From Pirellulales bacterium (GTDB taxonomy: Bacteria > Planctomycetota > Planctomycetia > Pirellulales > UBA7805): 47,671 nt of DNA. The DNA lies in contig JASMGX010000004.1 of assembly GCA_030751095.1 (NCBI GenBank), positions 1 to 47,671 on the forward strand, given 5' to 3'. Position numbers and translations under genes: made by a program. The notes under the pieces were generated by a model. It did no database searches and was not told where the DNA came from. It saw nothing but the letters and a program-made list of their open reading frames with translations. This document shows, piece after piece, positions 1-8,307 of the stretch; within the stretch, counting starts at the first letter, position 1; each line of letters opens with the position of its first letter.

Positions 1-53
1 ACCGCAGCTGCAGACAACAGAAAACGACGACGATTGGGGCGTGCCTTTCGCAT
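1..53 (-). CDS. 5' end of a gene that runs off the left edge; the N-terminus looks like a twin-arginine (Tat) signal
   Basis: The reverse complement of 1-53 reads ATG CGA AAG GCA CGC CCC AAT CGT CGT CGT TTT CTG TTG TCT GCA GCT GCG, which is MRKARPNRRRFLLSAAA (an RRxFL motif followed by an Ala-rich stretch). Only 17 codons are visible, so support is weak. Confidence 0.3.
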   Translation of the reverse strand, partial: MRKARPNRRRFLLSAAA

Positions 54-181
54 GAGTAAATCCTTGATGTCTTCGACACACACTCAGATGAAGGTATGAT
101 GAATGAATGTATATAGTATAGCCCGCCTCGCCGTACAGAACCCTCGTCGAACTCCAGGCGGTTCGGTTAACGGTGCGTTAG

Positions 182-475
182 CAGCAGCCTCACCGCAAAT
201 CGGCCGATCGATCGATCGTGAACCGGGGGGATGACGGCCATAACCAGGTCAGCGGCATTCCGAGCGATGCCGGCTACATAGCCATTGCGGCAGGCAGCTT
301 TCACGGCCTCGCTCTGCATTAACAAGCCGTTGGCCCCACTGTCCCCGAACCGCGGGCGATTCTTTTAGCCCTCCTGGGTCTGGCACTGCTACCGCGAAGA
401 AAAAGAGCGATCAAAGGGAATACGGGGGTTAGAACCGCCCCACAAATTTCTTGCAATGCCGCCGATTTCAATTAG
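182..475 (+). pseudogene. Remnant of an RCC1-like repeat / PEP-CTERM protein, interrupted by an in-frame stop
   Basis: Frame 2 reads ...NRGDDGHNQVSGIPSDAGYIAIAAGSFHGLALH, then TAA (320-322), then QAVGPTVPEPRAILLALLGLALLPRRKRAIKG... with a stop at 473-475. The first part resembles one RCC1 blade (IAAG..H.LAL). The second part resembles a PEP-CTERM anchor (PEP, hydrophobic helix, Arg-rich tail). The frame is closed upstream by TAG at 179-181 and has no start codon. Confidence 0.4.
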
Positions 476-504
476 ACTCCTTGGTGGCAATAAAGGAATA
501 GCTT

Positions 505-780
505 ATGCAATCGATCACACTCTTTCTTATTCTCTTCGCTATGCTGGCAACCACTGCGGCTAACGCGGATACCATCGTAAGCCGGGAGAGTAACAACGAT
601 AACCAAATCTGCGGCACCCCGAGCGGCAACGGCTACGCAGCCATTGCCGGCGGCGCTGCTGTTGGGGCTTTTCGGTCTTGCGCTGCTGCCGCGAAGAAGG
701 CGACAGAGCGACTCCCTGAGGCCAAGCGACAGTCTTATGCCCCACGGCTGAGCGTAGGCAATGGGGGTATCATTCTCTGA
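505..780 (+). pseudogene. Small signal-peptide ORF paralogous to the upstream remnant; its anchor-like tail is encoded out of frame
   Basis: The ORF starts MQSITLFLILFAMLATTAANA (signal-like). It contains GTPSGNGYAAIAGG (613-654), which is paralogous to GIPSDAGYIAIAAG (254-295). An ALLLGLFGLALLPRRRRQS anchor is encoded at 653-709 in a different frame (stop 749-751), and no PEP tripeptide is present. Confidence 0.35.
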
Positions 781-790
781 GGGCAGTTCT

Positions 791-1123
791 ATGGCCAGGG
801 GATACAGCAAACTCTTACTGGTGGTTCTTAGTGCGATGTTTACAGTATCGCATTTTGCTTGTAACTCGGGCGATGAGCCACCTAAGAATGGCCCCTACGT
901 TGAGTACTACGAAAATGGCAAGAAGTGGAGTGAGACCCATTACAAAAACGGCAAGCGAGATGGCCTTGAGACGGAGTGGTATAAAAACGGTCAGAAGTCA
1001 TACGAGGGCCACTACAAGAACGGAAAGCTAGATGGCCTTGAGACTTTTTGGGATGAAAGCGGCCAGAAGCTGCATGAGGCCTATTACAAGAACGGCAAGG
1101 AAGCAAGCCGGAAAGAGTCCTAA
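791..1123 (+). CDS. MORN-variant repeat (YwqK-like) lipoprotein
   Basis: The ATG at 791 is preceded by GAGGG 7 nt upstream. The N-terminus MARGYSKLLLVVLSAMFTVSHFAC looks like a lipoprotein signal (lipobox-like HFAC). The body has repeated YKNGK/Q..G.E..Y.NG units (YENGKKWSETHYKNGKRDGLETEWYKNGQKSYEGHYKNGKLDGLETFW). Confidence 0.75.
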   Translation: MARGYSKLLLVVLSAMFTVSHFACNSGDEPPKNGPYVEYYENGKKWSETHYKNGKRDGLETEWYKNGQKSYEGHYKNGKLDGLETFWDESGQKLHEAYYKNGKEASRKES

Positions 1124-1336
1124 TCCAGCGACTGCAAAACTGCATTGCAGCAGACTGGCTTTGAGGGTAGTGCGAGACTATCCTTCACCTATTCAGGTCT
1201 TTTTGTTTGACTAAAAATGAGGTGCCGGAAAACCGGTTACGGGTTTTTGCCCCGTGCCCTCTGCTCGTGGTGAACGGGGTTTTGCGTTTTCCCGCGGTCA
1301 GGCACCACCCTCCGCAAGGGCCGATTTTTCCAAACA

Positions 1337-1870
1337 ATGCAACAAAACGTCTCATTAAAGGAGAGGGCCGTGTACAGAATCGTTCCTGCAGTCCTCTTCG
1401 GACTTTGCCTTGCGGGTCCCGCCTGGGGCGGAACGTATGAAACGCTCGATGGCAAGCACCATGAAATAAAGACAACCAATGGCAATCTCCATTCTCGTAA
1501 AGGGCATGTCGGTCCCGGGGCAAATCTGCGATGGGCGGATCTCAACCGTGCAAATCTTAGCAGCGCAAACCTGAAATGGACCGACCTGAGAAACGCGAAT
1601 CTGGAAAATGCAAAGCTCGTTAAGGCGGACCTGAGCGGAGCGTACTTGGCTGGGGCAGACTTGCGGGGCGCAGAGCTCCTCGCCGCTGGCGTGGACGGGG
1701 CGGATCTGAGCGGTACCGACCTGCGCGGAGCAAAACATTGGGACAAGGTAAAAACATGGAGCGATTCTTACTATTACCGCGGCAGCGAGCCGGAGTGGCC
1801 GGTCGGGATGGACCCGAAGAAGCTTGGCATCATTGAGAGAGATCGCCCAAAAAAAGAGCCCTCGGAGTAG
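1337..1870 (+). CDS. Secreted pentapeptide-repeat protein
   Basis: Contiguous A(D/N)LxX pentads are visible: ANLRWADLNRANLSSANLKWTDLRNANLENAKLVKADLSGAYLAGADLRGAELL...ADLSGTDLRGA. The N-terminal hydrophobic segment is VPAVLFGLCLAGPAWG. An alternative GTG start at 1370 is preceded by AAGGAGAG. Confidence 0.85.
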   Translation: MQQNVSLKERAVYRIVPAVLFGLCLAGPAWGGTYETLDGKHHEIKTTNGNLHSRKGHVGPGANLRWADLNRANLSSANLKWTDLRNANLENAKLVKADLSGAYLAGADLRGAELLAAGVDGADLSGTDLRGAKHWDKVKTWSDSYYYRGSEPEWPVGMDPKKLGIIERDRPKKEPSE

Positions 1871-1886
1871 CGACCAAGGGCCACTA

Positions 1887-1970
1887 TCAAATTGGCAAGC
1901 AGATCAAATTGGCAAGCAGATCAAATTGGCAAGCAGATCAAACTGGCAAGCCGATCAAACTGGCAAGGGG
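1887..1970. repeat. Non-coding tandem repeat, 17 bp x 5 (TCAAATTGGCAAGCAGA)
   Basis: Copies lie at 1887-1903, 1904-1920 and 1921-1937 (identical), 1938-1954 (TCAAACTGGCAAGCCGA) and 1955-1970 (TCAAACTGGCAAGGGG). The period is not a multiple of 3. The array lies between the stop at 1870 and the ATG at 2106. Confidence 0.92.
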
Positions 1971-2105
1971 TTTGAGAGATTCTCGAAGGCCGCTTTTCAC
2001 CAGAAACTCCTCTCTTTTCTCTCTACAAAATACTTGCATCGCCATCAGATGCAGGAGAAAATGGCACCGTTGTCAACGGCCGATAGAAACCCAGGAGTTA
2101 TAGCT

Positions 2106-2777
2106 ATGAAGATTCATCATGCAATACACGCGTCCCTATCGGACAAAGGGAAATCGGTGGTAGCTGCACTGTTGCGACCGGGCATTGTTGTGATCGCACT
2201 GGTAGGTTGCGTCCATTTAATTTCTTCTGCTGCCCTGGCAGCTCCTATCAGCATATCGAACGTTACCTCAGATGTGCCCTCATTCATTACCGTCAACGGC
2301 GGAAGCACCGACCCGGCTGCCACCGTCGATGGAAACAAGTCGAGTAACCCGGGAGGTTTTGTGGACTGGGCCAACGATGGGGCTGCGGGCTTCTTGATTG
2401 CCACATTTACATACGAGTTCGCTTCCAAAGAGAATGTTTTCGCATTTGAACTCTGGAACGACCGGGGGCAGATTGATACGGGCATTGAGAATTTCGAATT
2501 GGTCTTTTATGACTCTATAGCATCTGTTTTAGATACTTACAGTGGTACCGCATCGCTGCCCACCAGTACCTCTGCAACACCACAGGGGGAATACTTCGAC
2601 TTTGCAACAGTCATAGATGTCAAAACCGTTGACCTGCGGGTGTTGAGTTCTTTCGGTGTTCAGGCCAACCAGTTTCGCGAAGTTGAGTTCAGCGGTACAC
2701 CGGAACCGAGCGGACTGCTTCTGGCTCTGTTGGGCCTGGCGCTGCTGCCGCTGTTTCGCAGGAGACAATCGCGCTGA
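2106..2777 (+). CDS. PEP-CTERM sorting-domain protein with a beta-sandwich (galactose-binding-like) ectodomain
   Basis: The C-terminus is GTPEPSGLLLALLGLALLPLFRRRQSR (PEP, TM helix, Arg cluster). The N-terminal signal/anchor is GIVVIALVGCVHLISSAALA. The start is taken at ATG 2106 (MKIHHAIH) because the longer ORF from 1824 reads through the 17-bp repeat. Confidence 0.8.
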   Translation: MKIHHAIHASLSDKGKSVVAALLRPGIVVIALVGCVHLISSAALAAPISISNVTSDVPSFITVNGGSTDPAATVDGNKSSNPGGFVDWANDGAAGFLIATFTYEFASKENVFAFELWNDRGQIDTGIENFELVFYDSIASVLDTYSGTASLPTSTSATPQGEYFDFATVIDVKTVDLRVLSSFGVQANQFREVEFSGTPEPSGLLLALLGLALLPLFRRRQSR

Positions 2778-2912
2778 AAAACGTAACCGTCGATGAGCGG
2801 CAGTGGCTCAAAAGGGCCACAAGCTGTCGCTATACTTCTGCAACGTCCCCATTGACGCGGCCGAGGAATTGGCCAAACTGTTGACAACATCAAGTACCCG
2901 GTAGGCGGATGG

Positions 2913-4319
2913 ATGCAGAACGAACTGACCGCGCTGACGACGATCTTCACCGAGTTCTATTACTGGGTGACGGTGGTGTTGATGTTCCTGATCCATGTCG
3001 GGTTCAGCCTCTATGAAGTCGGGGTGTCGCGCGAGAAGAACAAGCTCAACACCTTGATGAAAAACGCCATGTTGATCCCGGTGATCACCTTTGCGTTCTT
3101 CTTTTTCGGCTGGTGGATCTATTTCGCCTTCCAAAACGGCCCGGGGATCACGGGCCCACTGAAGAGCGCTCCGTGGGCGGAACCCTGGAACGAACTGATG
3201 GGGACACACCTCGGCGGACCGCCAGGTGACGCAACGGCACTAGAAGGTGAAGATACTGCCACCTGGGCAAGGCTCAACGGCGTGTTTTGGGCGGCGTTTC
3301 TGCTTTTCTCGTGGACCGCCGGGTCGATCCTCTCCGGCGCGGTCATCGAACGGATTCGGTCCGGAGCGTTTTGGCTCTTGGCCATCCTGGTCGGCAGCGT
3401 CACCTGGGTGATTGATGCAGCGTGGGGCTGGTCCGATACCGGATGGATGGTACAGATCCTCGGCTATCACGATGCGTATGCCTCGGGCGTTATCCACGGC
3501 CTTGCCGGCGGGTCGGCCTTGGCAATTCTCATCCAGCTCGGTCCACGCATCGGCCGCTTTCGCAAAGATGGGACGCCCCGCATCTTTGTTGCGCACAATA
3601 CATGGATGATTATCATCGGTATGTTTCTGATCTACACGGGATTCTGGGGATTTTATGCGGCCTGCAACATACCCATTTTTGATATCGATCCAGACAACGG
3701 CGGCACCCTTTTTTCTGCGGTCAACATTTATCTCACGCCGACAACGCTCAGCGCGATCACGTTCAATTTCCTCATGTCGCTCACCGGTGGTTTGCTGATC
3801 GGTTATGTGGTTTCCAAGGGCGACCCGTTCTGGACCTTCCAGGGAGGGCTCGGCGGGATCATCACCGCGTCGGCTGGCAACGACCTGTACCATCCCTACC
3901 AGGCACTACTGATCGCGGTCGTCGGAGTCTGGTGTGGCTACAAACTGCATTATTGGGTGGAACGCACGTTCAAAATCGACGACGCGGTGGGCGCGGTCGC
4001 GATCCACGGCTATTGCGGTACGATCGGTGTGATCATTTCCGGCTTTGTCCTTTGGGGCTACCCCAGTTCGGCCAATGCCGACTACGCTCCGATCACCCCC
4101 TGGGGCCAACTGACCGGGGCAGCGATCATGTTCGTCGGCCTAGGGTTTATCCCCTGCTTCGTCGCAGCCTGGGCTTTAAAGAAGGCCGGAATTCTCCGCA
4201 TCCCGTGGCAGGTCGAATTGGCGGGACTCGACCGCGACATTCTCGACGAAGAGGCCATACATTACAAAGAGTGTCTTGCCGCGGAACGCGAGGCGCACTG
4301 CCACTATCTGAAGGAGTGA
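2913..4319 (+). CDS. amt: Ammonium transporter (Amt/MEP/Rh family)
   Basis: This is a 468-aa multi-pass hydrophobic ORF with Amt signatures VIHGLAGGSALAILIQLGPRIGRF and DDAVGAVAIHGYCGTIGVIISGF. Confidence 0.93.
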   Translation: MQNELTALTTIFTEFYYWVTVVLMFLIHVGFSLYEVGVSREKNKLNTLMKNAMLIPVITFAFFFFGWWIYFAFQNGPGITGPLKSAPWAEPWNELMGTHLGGPPGDATALEGEDTATWARLNGVFWAAFLLFSWTAGSILSGAVIERIRSGAFWLLAILVGSVTWVIDAAWGWSDTGWMVQILGYHDAYASGVIHGLAGGSALAILIQLGPRIGRFRKDGTPRIFVAHNTWMIIIGMFLIYTGFWGFYAACNIPIFDIDPDNGGTLFSAVNIYLTPTTLSAITFNFLMSLTGGLLIGYVVSKGDPFWTFQGGLGGIITASAGNDLYHPYQALLIAVVGVWCGYKLHYWVERTFKIDDAVGAVAIHGYCGTIGVIISGFVLWGYPSSANADYAPITPWGQLTGAAIMFVGLGFIPCFVAAWALKKAGILRIPWQVELAGLDRDILDEEAIHYKECLAAEREAHCHYLKE

Positions 4320-4322
4320 CCG

Positions 4323-4556
4323 ATGGGACCAACCGGACCGATCGAAAGCTGGACCCTCGACGTGCATCGTTTGGGCCCGATCTATCCATTTCTCGGTTGG
4401 GAATGGGTGACCTTTGCGCTCAGCGCGGCATTCTGTGTTTGGTTTCTGATCTGGAAACTCTCCACCGAAACGGCAAAATACAACGACCTGTCCAGACGCT
4501 ACTCGACCGGCGAAGGGCCGGAAAACGAGACGGAAGAAAAAAAACTCTCTCCATAA
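4323..4556 (+). CDS. Small single-TM protein, apparently translationally coupled to amt
   Basis: The ATG lies 3 nt after the amt stop. AAGGAG sits inside the last amt codons, 6 nt upstream of the ATG. One hydrophobic helix (WEWVTFALSAAFCVWFLIW) is followed by an acidic tail. I recognise no family. Confidence 0.5.
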   Translation: MGPTGPIESWTLDVHRLGPIYPFLGWEWVTFALSAAFCVWFLIWKLSTETAKYNDLSRRYSTGEGPENETEEKKLSP

Positions 4557-4685
4557 CTTTCTGCCTGAGAGTCCCGCTTTTTCTCACCGCACCATGCTCG
4601 TTCTCAACCGGAATGCCGCGAAGTTTGCCCCAGCAAAGAAAACGGCGAGAATGGAACCATAAAAAGAACGTTCTCGCTTCTGTTT

Positions 4686-4949
4686 TTGCCGATCGCTTTC
4701 TCACTATGCGCAACATCGCTTCCCGCGGAGACACCGTTTGATCGCCAGGACACAAATGGCGATGGCAGGTTGTCGAGGCGGGAATTTCGAGGTCCCTCTG
4801 CGGCCTTCAAACGGATCGATCGCAATCACGACGGCTATATCACACATCAAGAAGCAAAAGGAACACCGCTCCGGGTTCATGGATGCCACCGGCGTGCGGA
4901 TCAACCTCTTAATGCCGCCGCCTCAAACGGTAAGCCCGCATTTTCATAG
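4686..4949 (+). CDS. EF-hand calcium-binding protein (two EF loops); start codon uncertain
   Basis: The EF loops are DTNGDGRLSRRE and DRNHDGYITHQE. The frame is open from 4569 and encodes a signal-like KRTFSLLFLPIAFSLCATSLPA upstream of the TTG at 4686. The only nearby ATG (4651) is in another frame and is followed by GAA CCA TAA. Confidence 0.6.
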   Translation: MPIAFSLCATSLPAETPFDRQDTNGDGRLSRREFRGPSAAFKRIDRNHDGYITHQEAKGTPLRVHGCHRRADQPLNAAASNGKPAFS

Positions 4950-4984
4950 CTGATCTGGCAGCCAAGAGCGGTCTGCCAATCGAT

Positions 4985-5485
4985 ATGCACATGGAAGCGA
5001 TTCCCCAAACAATGCCTCTGCCGTCTCGTTTTCAGTCACCGCCCAATCCCCGAGTGTTGAAACCAAATATCGCTGCTTTCGAACGATTGCTTGCCCATAA
5101 CCGCCGGGCGAACATTATCTGGGTGCATCTGGGATGGGATAATACCGAAAAGCGGACCTTTGCGTTGACGCGCACGCTTCTTGCCGAAAATCCAAATCTC
5201 TATATGAGCATTCGTATCGCCAGCGGGATGCAGGAAAGGAAGGTAGCGAAACCGACGTTTCCTCTCGACGAGAAAGGCCGGTTGAAGGACCAATGGCTAA
5301 CACTGTTTCAAGAATTTCCTGATCGTTTTCTCATCGGGAGTGATGAAATCATCAAACCGTCCAACAATCATCCAAGTGCCGGAAGTATCCGCTCGACGGT
5401 GAGCATGCTCAAACAACTGCCAGAAAAGCTCCGGCGGCAGATCGGCTATGAAAATGCCTATCGCATCTACAAATTAAAGAAATAG
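4985..5485 (+). CDS. Amidohydrolase-family fragment (C-terminal half only; possible pseudogene)
   Basis: The motifs LPIDMHMEA...IIWVHLGWDN...NPNLYMSI...RFLIGSDEI match the distal strands of a TIM-barrel metal-dependent hydrolase. The frame opens only at 4934 (after TAA at 4931). No N-terminal HxH-containing half is encoded upstream. Confidence 0.55.
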   Translation: MHMEAIPQTMPLPSRFQSPPNPRVLKPNIAAFERLLAHNRRANIIWVHLGWDNTEKRTFALTRTLLAENPNLYMSIRIASGMQERKVAKPTFPLDEKGRLKDQWLTLFQEFPDRFLIGSDEIIKPSNNHPSAGSIRSTVSMLKQLPEKLRRQIGYENAYRIYKLKK

Positions 5486-5792
5486 GATGGGCACTGACCG
5501 GTGCGATTCGTCGATGCACCGCTTCTTCTCTGGCGAGAGAGCGCACCCTCTGACACCCGCTCGAGGGGCATCGATCGCGTGGCATCGATGAGTCGGTTGT
5601 CTGCTAGCAGCCTCCGCACAAAACCGGGCCCGTTTCTCGGCAGGGCAGAACCAATGCCTCCAAACTTGGTCGCTAATCGTTACAGCTTATCAATGCTGGG
5701 AATTCTGGGTGGTTTGTGCCGCGCGGCGGCACGCGTGGTGGAGGTAATATTGGAATAAGCCGATTTACACATCATTCCGGCACAATCGCGAC

Positions 5793-7232
5793 TTGCGCCA
5801 AAGTCAATCCATCAACCAGGAGAAGCGCGTGGATGTTTCTGCGCCCTCACCTTCGAACGACCCAATCTCTGCCCACCCCGGTCGTTCGCTCCTGCCCAGA
5901 TCAGTCTGCCTGATTCTGTCACTGATCGTGATTCTTCTTTTTTCAGGCAAAACCATTGCATCTGAACTACGGCGAACTGCACTGGTGCGGGCAGTTGCAG
6001 AGGCACGTGATGCAATCGTGAATATACGCGGCCAGAAAATCATCAATCAGCCCAACCATGCCGCCGGAAACAGCGAAAATACCAAGCGGGTCAATGGCAT
6101 GGGAACAGGGGTCATTATCGACCCGCGTGGGTACATCGTAACGAATTTTCACGTCATTGATGGCGTCTCCACGATCAACGTCAACCTCTCGAATGGGGAC
6201 CACTATGTCGCGCAGACGGTCTCGCATGATCCGAAAACCGATCTGGCAATTGTCAAAATTGATCCGCATAGCAATCGGCTACCCACGATTCGCATCGGAA
6301 CCTCGCGGGATCTGATGCCGGGTGAAACGGTGATTGCGGTCGGCAATGCGTACGGCTACGAACATACAGTGACGCGTGGCATCATCAGCGCCCTCGACCG
6401 CACCGTGCAGGTCAGCGATGTCCAATATTATTACGACCTGATCCAGACCGATGCGAGCATCAATCCCGGAAATTCCGGCGGACCACTGCTGAACATCGAT
6501 GGTGAGTTGATCGGCATCAATGTCGCCGTTCGGGTGGGCGCCCAGGGAATCGGTTTTGCACTTCCGGTCGACAAAGTTCTTGACGTCTCCGCCAACCTGT
6601 TGAGCGTCCGGCAAATCGAAAAACGCAATCACGGTATTCGTACCAGGCCCACCGCTGAATCGAGTGATGGACTCGTTGTCGCAAGCGTGGAGGCAGGTAC
6701 CGCAGGCCAGCGTGCCGGCCTGCGCCCGGGCGATCGGATTCGGACTGTCAAAAAAAGAGAAATCCGGAATTCTCTTGATTTAGAAACCGCCTTGCTCGGT
6801 CAAAAGGGAAATGAGGAGATTCCCATTGAGATTGTCCGGAACGGAAAATTGATCGATCTCGATTTGATCATGCCCTCATCGGGCACCCGCGTCGCGTCCG
6901 TCGCAGATCCTACCTGGGTCACACTGGGGCTAAAATTAGAGGCTTTGAATGCGACTCAGCTACGAGAAAAAAAGAGCCGTTACCGGGGCGGCTTGTCCAT
7001 CACCGCGGTGCGAGATGGCTCTCCGGCAGACGAGCAGGGGATTCGCACGGGCGACATTCTCGTCGGAATGCACATTTGGGAAACCGTCTCGATGGAAAAT
7101 GTGGCGTACGTGCTCAAACAGGAGCAATTAACCCGTGATGGGCCGATCAAATTCTATATTCTGCGGGGCAATCAAACCCTCTTCGGCCACATCCACCTCG
7201 CCTCCGAACACCGTCGCGCAACCCAACGGTAG
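5793..7232 (+). CDS. HtrA/DegP-family serine protease (S1C) with two PDZ-like domains
   Basis: The triad context is intact: GYIVTNFHVIDG, DLAIVKI and NPGNSGGPLLNIDGELIGIN. An N-terminal TM/signal segment is VCLILSLIVILLFSG. Two C-terminal PDZ-like segments are present (GLRPGDRIRTV..., GIRTGDILVGM...). The start is TTG at 5793 or GTG at 5829. Confidence 0.9.
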   Translation: MRQSQSINQEKRVDVSAPSPSNDPISAHPGRSLLPRSVCLILSLIVILLFSGKTIASELRRTALVRAVAEARDAIVNIRGQKIINQPNHAAGNSENTKRVNGMGTGVIIDPRGYIVTNFHVIDGVSTINVNLSNGDHYVAQTVSHDPKTDLAIVKIDPHSNRLPTIRIGTSRDLMPGETVIAVGNAYGYEHTVTRGIISALDRTVQVSDVQYYYDLIQTDASINPGNSGGPLLNIDGELIGINVAVRVGAQGIGFALPVDKVLDVSANLLSVRQIEKRNHGIRTRPTAESSDGLVVASVEAGTAGQRAGLRPGDRIRTVKKREIRNSLDLETALLGQKGNEEIPIEIVRNGKLIDLDLIMPSSGTRVASVADPTWVTLGLKLEALNATQLREKKSRYRGGLSITAVRDGSPADEQGIRTGDILVGMHIWETVSMENVAYVLKQEQLTRDGPIKFYILRGNQTLFGHIHLASEHRRATQR

Positions 7233-7380
7233 TGATCGCGGCAACCCGGTTTGTTGCCCATCCGGTGGGGTGTTTGACGATTGGCCCCGCCACCCCTAAA
7301 CTCCAAATCAACGGCATCTGACGCATTGGCGATGGCCGCTTCTCTTTTTATCTTTCCTTCGACCGGATGATTGCCCGCCC

Positions 7381-8307
7381 ATGGAATCCGAATTTGTCCG
7401 CTGGCTCAGGACTCGGCTTCCGAGCAGTCCGCTGCTCCGGGTCGGCCCGGGAGACGATGCTGCCGTACTCCAGGCATCCGATGCAGCCGATGAACAGGTC
7501 GTCACCTGCGATTTGCTCTGCGATGGAGTCCATTTCCGCGTCGGAACCGACAATGCTCGGCGAATTGGTCGCAAGGCCCTGGCGGTCAATCTCAGCGATC
7601 TCTCTGCCATGGCGGCAACGCCGGTTGCCGGTTTCTTTGCGGTCGCGCTTCCCCGTGATCGGAGCGTGTGTGCTGAAGAACTCTACGAGGGCATCCTTCC
7701 TCTTGCCGAAGAATTTTCTTTAGCGATAGCCGGTGGCGACACCAATGTCTGGGATGGGCCTCTGGTAATCAGCATCACGCTAATCGGACGCTGCGCGGGC
7801 GGTGCATCGCTCTTACGCAGCGGTGCCCGCCCTGGAGATCACCTTTTAGTGACGGGGCAATTTGGCGGAAGCCTGCTCGGCCACCAGTTTGATTTCCAGC
7901 CACGCATTCGCGAGGCACTCTGGCTTTGCGAACATTATTCGCTCCATGCAGGAATCGATTGTAGCGATGGACTCCTTCTCGATGCGTCCCGCATGGCAGA
8001 GGAGAGCGGGTGCGGTGTCGTCATCGATTTGCAGTCCGTACCCATCGCCGAGGCTGCCGTCATGATGGCCAAACGGCAGGGCGACACCAACTCGGCGCTT
8101 GAGCATGCACTGGCGGACGGTGAGGATTTTGAACTGCTGCTGGCCGTTCCCCAAAAGGACGCGCAAAAGATCATCCAGTCCCAACCGCTAGATGTCTCGC
8201 TGAGGTGCATTGGAACGTTTATCGAACAACCGGGACTCTGGCAGGCCACCGATGCTGCGCCGATCCCTCTAGAACCGCGCGGATTTTTGCACGGAGGTTC
8301 GCTGTGA
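7381..8307 (+). CDS. thiL: Thiamine-monophosphate kinase
   Basis: The layout is AIR-synthase-related: GPGDDAAVL, VVTCDLLCDGVHFR, IGRKALAVNLSDLSAMAATP and GGDTN. Confidence 0.9.
   Translation: MESEFVRWLRTRLPSSPLLRVGPGDDAAVLQASDAADEQVVTCDLLCDGVHFRVGTDNARRIGRKALAVNLSDLSAMAATPVAGFFAVALPRDRSVCAEELYEGILPLAEEFSLAIAGGDTNVWDGPLVISITLIGRCAGGASLLRSGARPGDHLLVTGQFGGSLLGHQFDFQPRIREALWLCEHYSLHAGIDCSDGLLLDASRMAEESGCGVVIDLQSVPIAEAAVMMAKRQGDTNSALEHALADGEDFELLLAVPQKDAQKIIQSQPLDVSLRCIGTFIEQPGLWQATDAAPIPLEPRGFLHGGSL

Noticed and set aside
1237-1746. 169-aa and 127-aa minus-strand ORFs opposite the pentapeptide-repeat gene.
   Set aside because: They are a mirror image of a repetitive coding sequence. Their Ser/Ala/Arg/Phe periodicity simply reflects the antisense of the pentapeptide repeats.
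1887-1970. Tandem repeats here, at 29524-29649 and at 37689-37892, considered as possible CRISPR arrays. The 17-mer was also considered as a sigma-54 promoter (TGGCA).
   Set aside because: The repeats are head-to-tail with no spacers, and two of the three arrays are in-frame coding. The 17-mer lacks the TTGC(-12) element at the required spacing from GG(-24).
1824-2105. The 5' extension of the PEP-CTERM ORF (the track ORF starts at 1824).
   Set aside because: The extension overlaps the end of the previous gene and reads through the 17-bp (non-triplet) tandem repeat. A proper ATG with a signal/anchor segment lies at 2106.
3932-4741. A 269-aa Arg-rich plus-strand ORF overlapping the amt 3' end and the small downstream ORF.
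   Set aside because: It is an out-of-frame reading of amt with an extreme Arg/Gly/Pro composition and no motif.
5501-5758. An 85-aa ORF upstream of the HtrA-like gene, and a GTGCCG-cgcgg-CGGCAC hairpin near 5716-5732.
   Set aside because: The ORF has a GTG start, no RBS and a non-descript sequence. The hairpin is short, has no U-tract, and I see no evidence that it is a riboswitch or terminator.
7240-7258. The hairpin GGCAAC-ccggttt-GTTGCC after the HtrA-like gene, and GTGGC-n8-GCCAC after the PEP-CTERM gene (2803-2820), considered as terminators.
   Set aside because: The stems are short (5-6 bp) with no following T-run, which is too weak to call intrinsic terminators.
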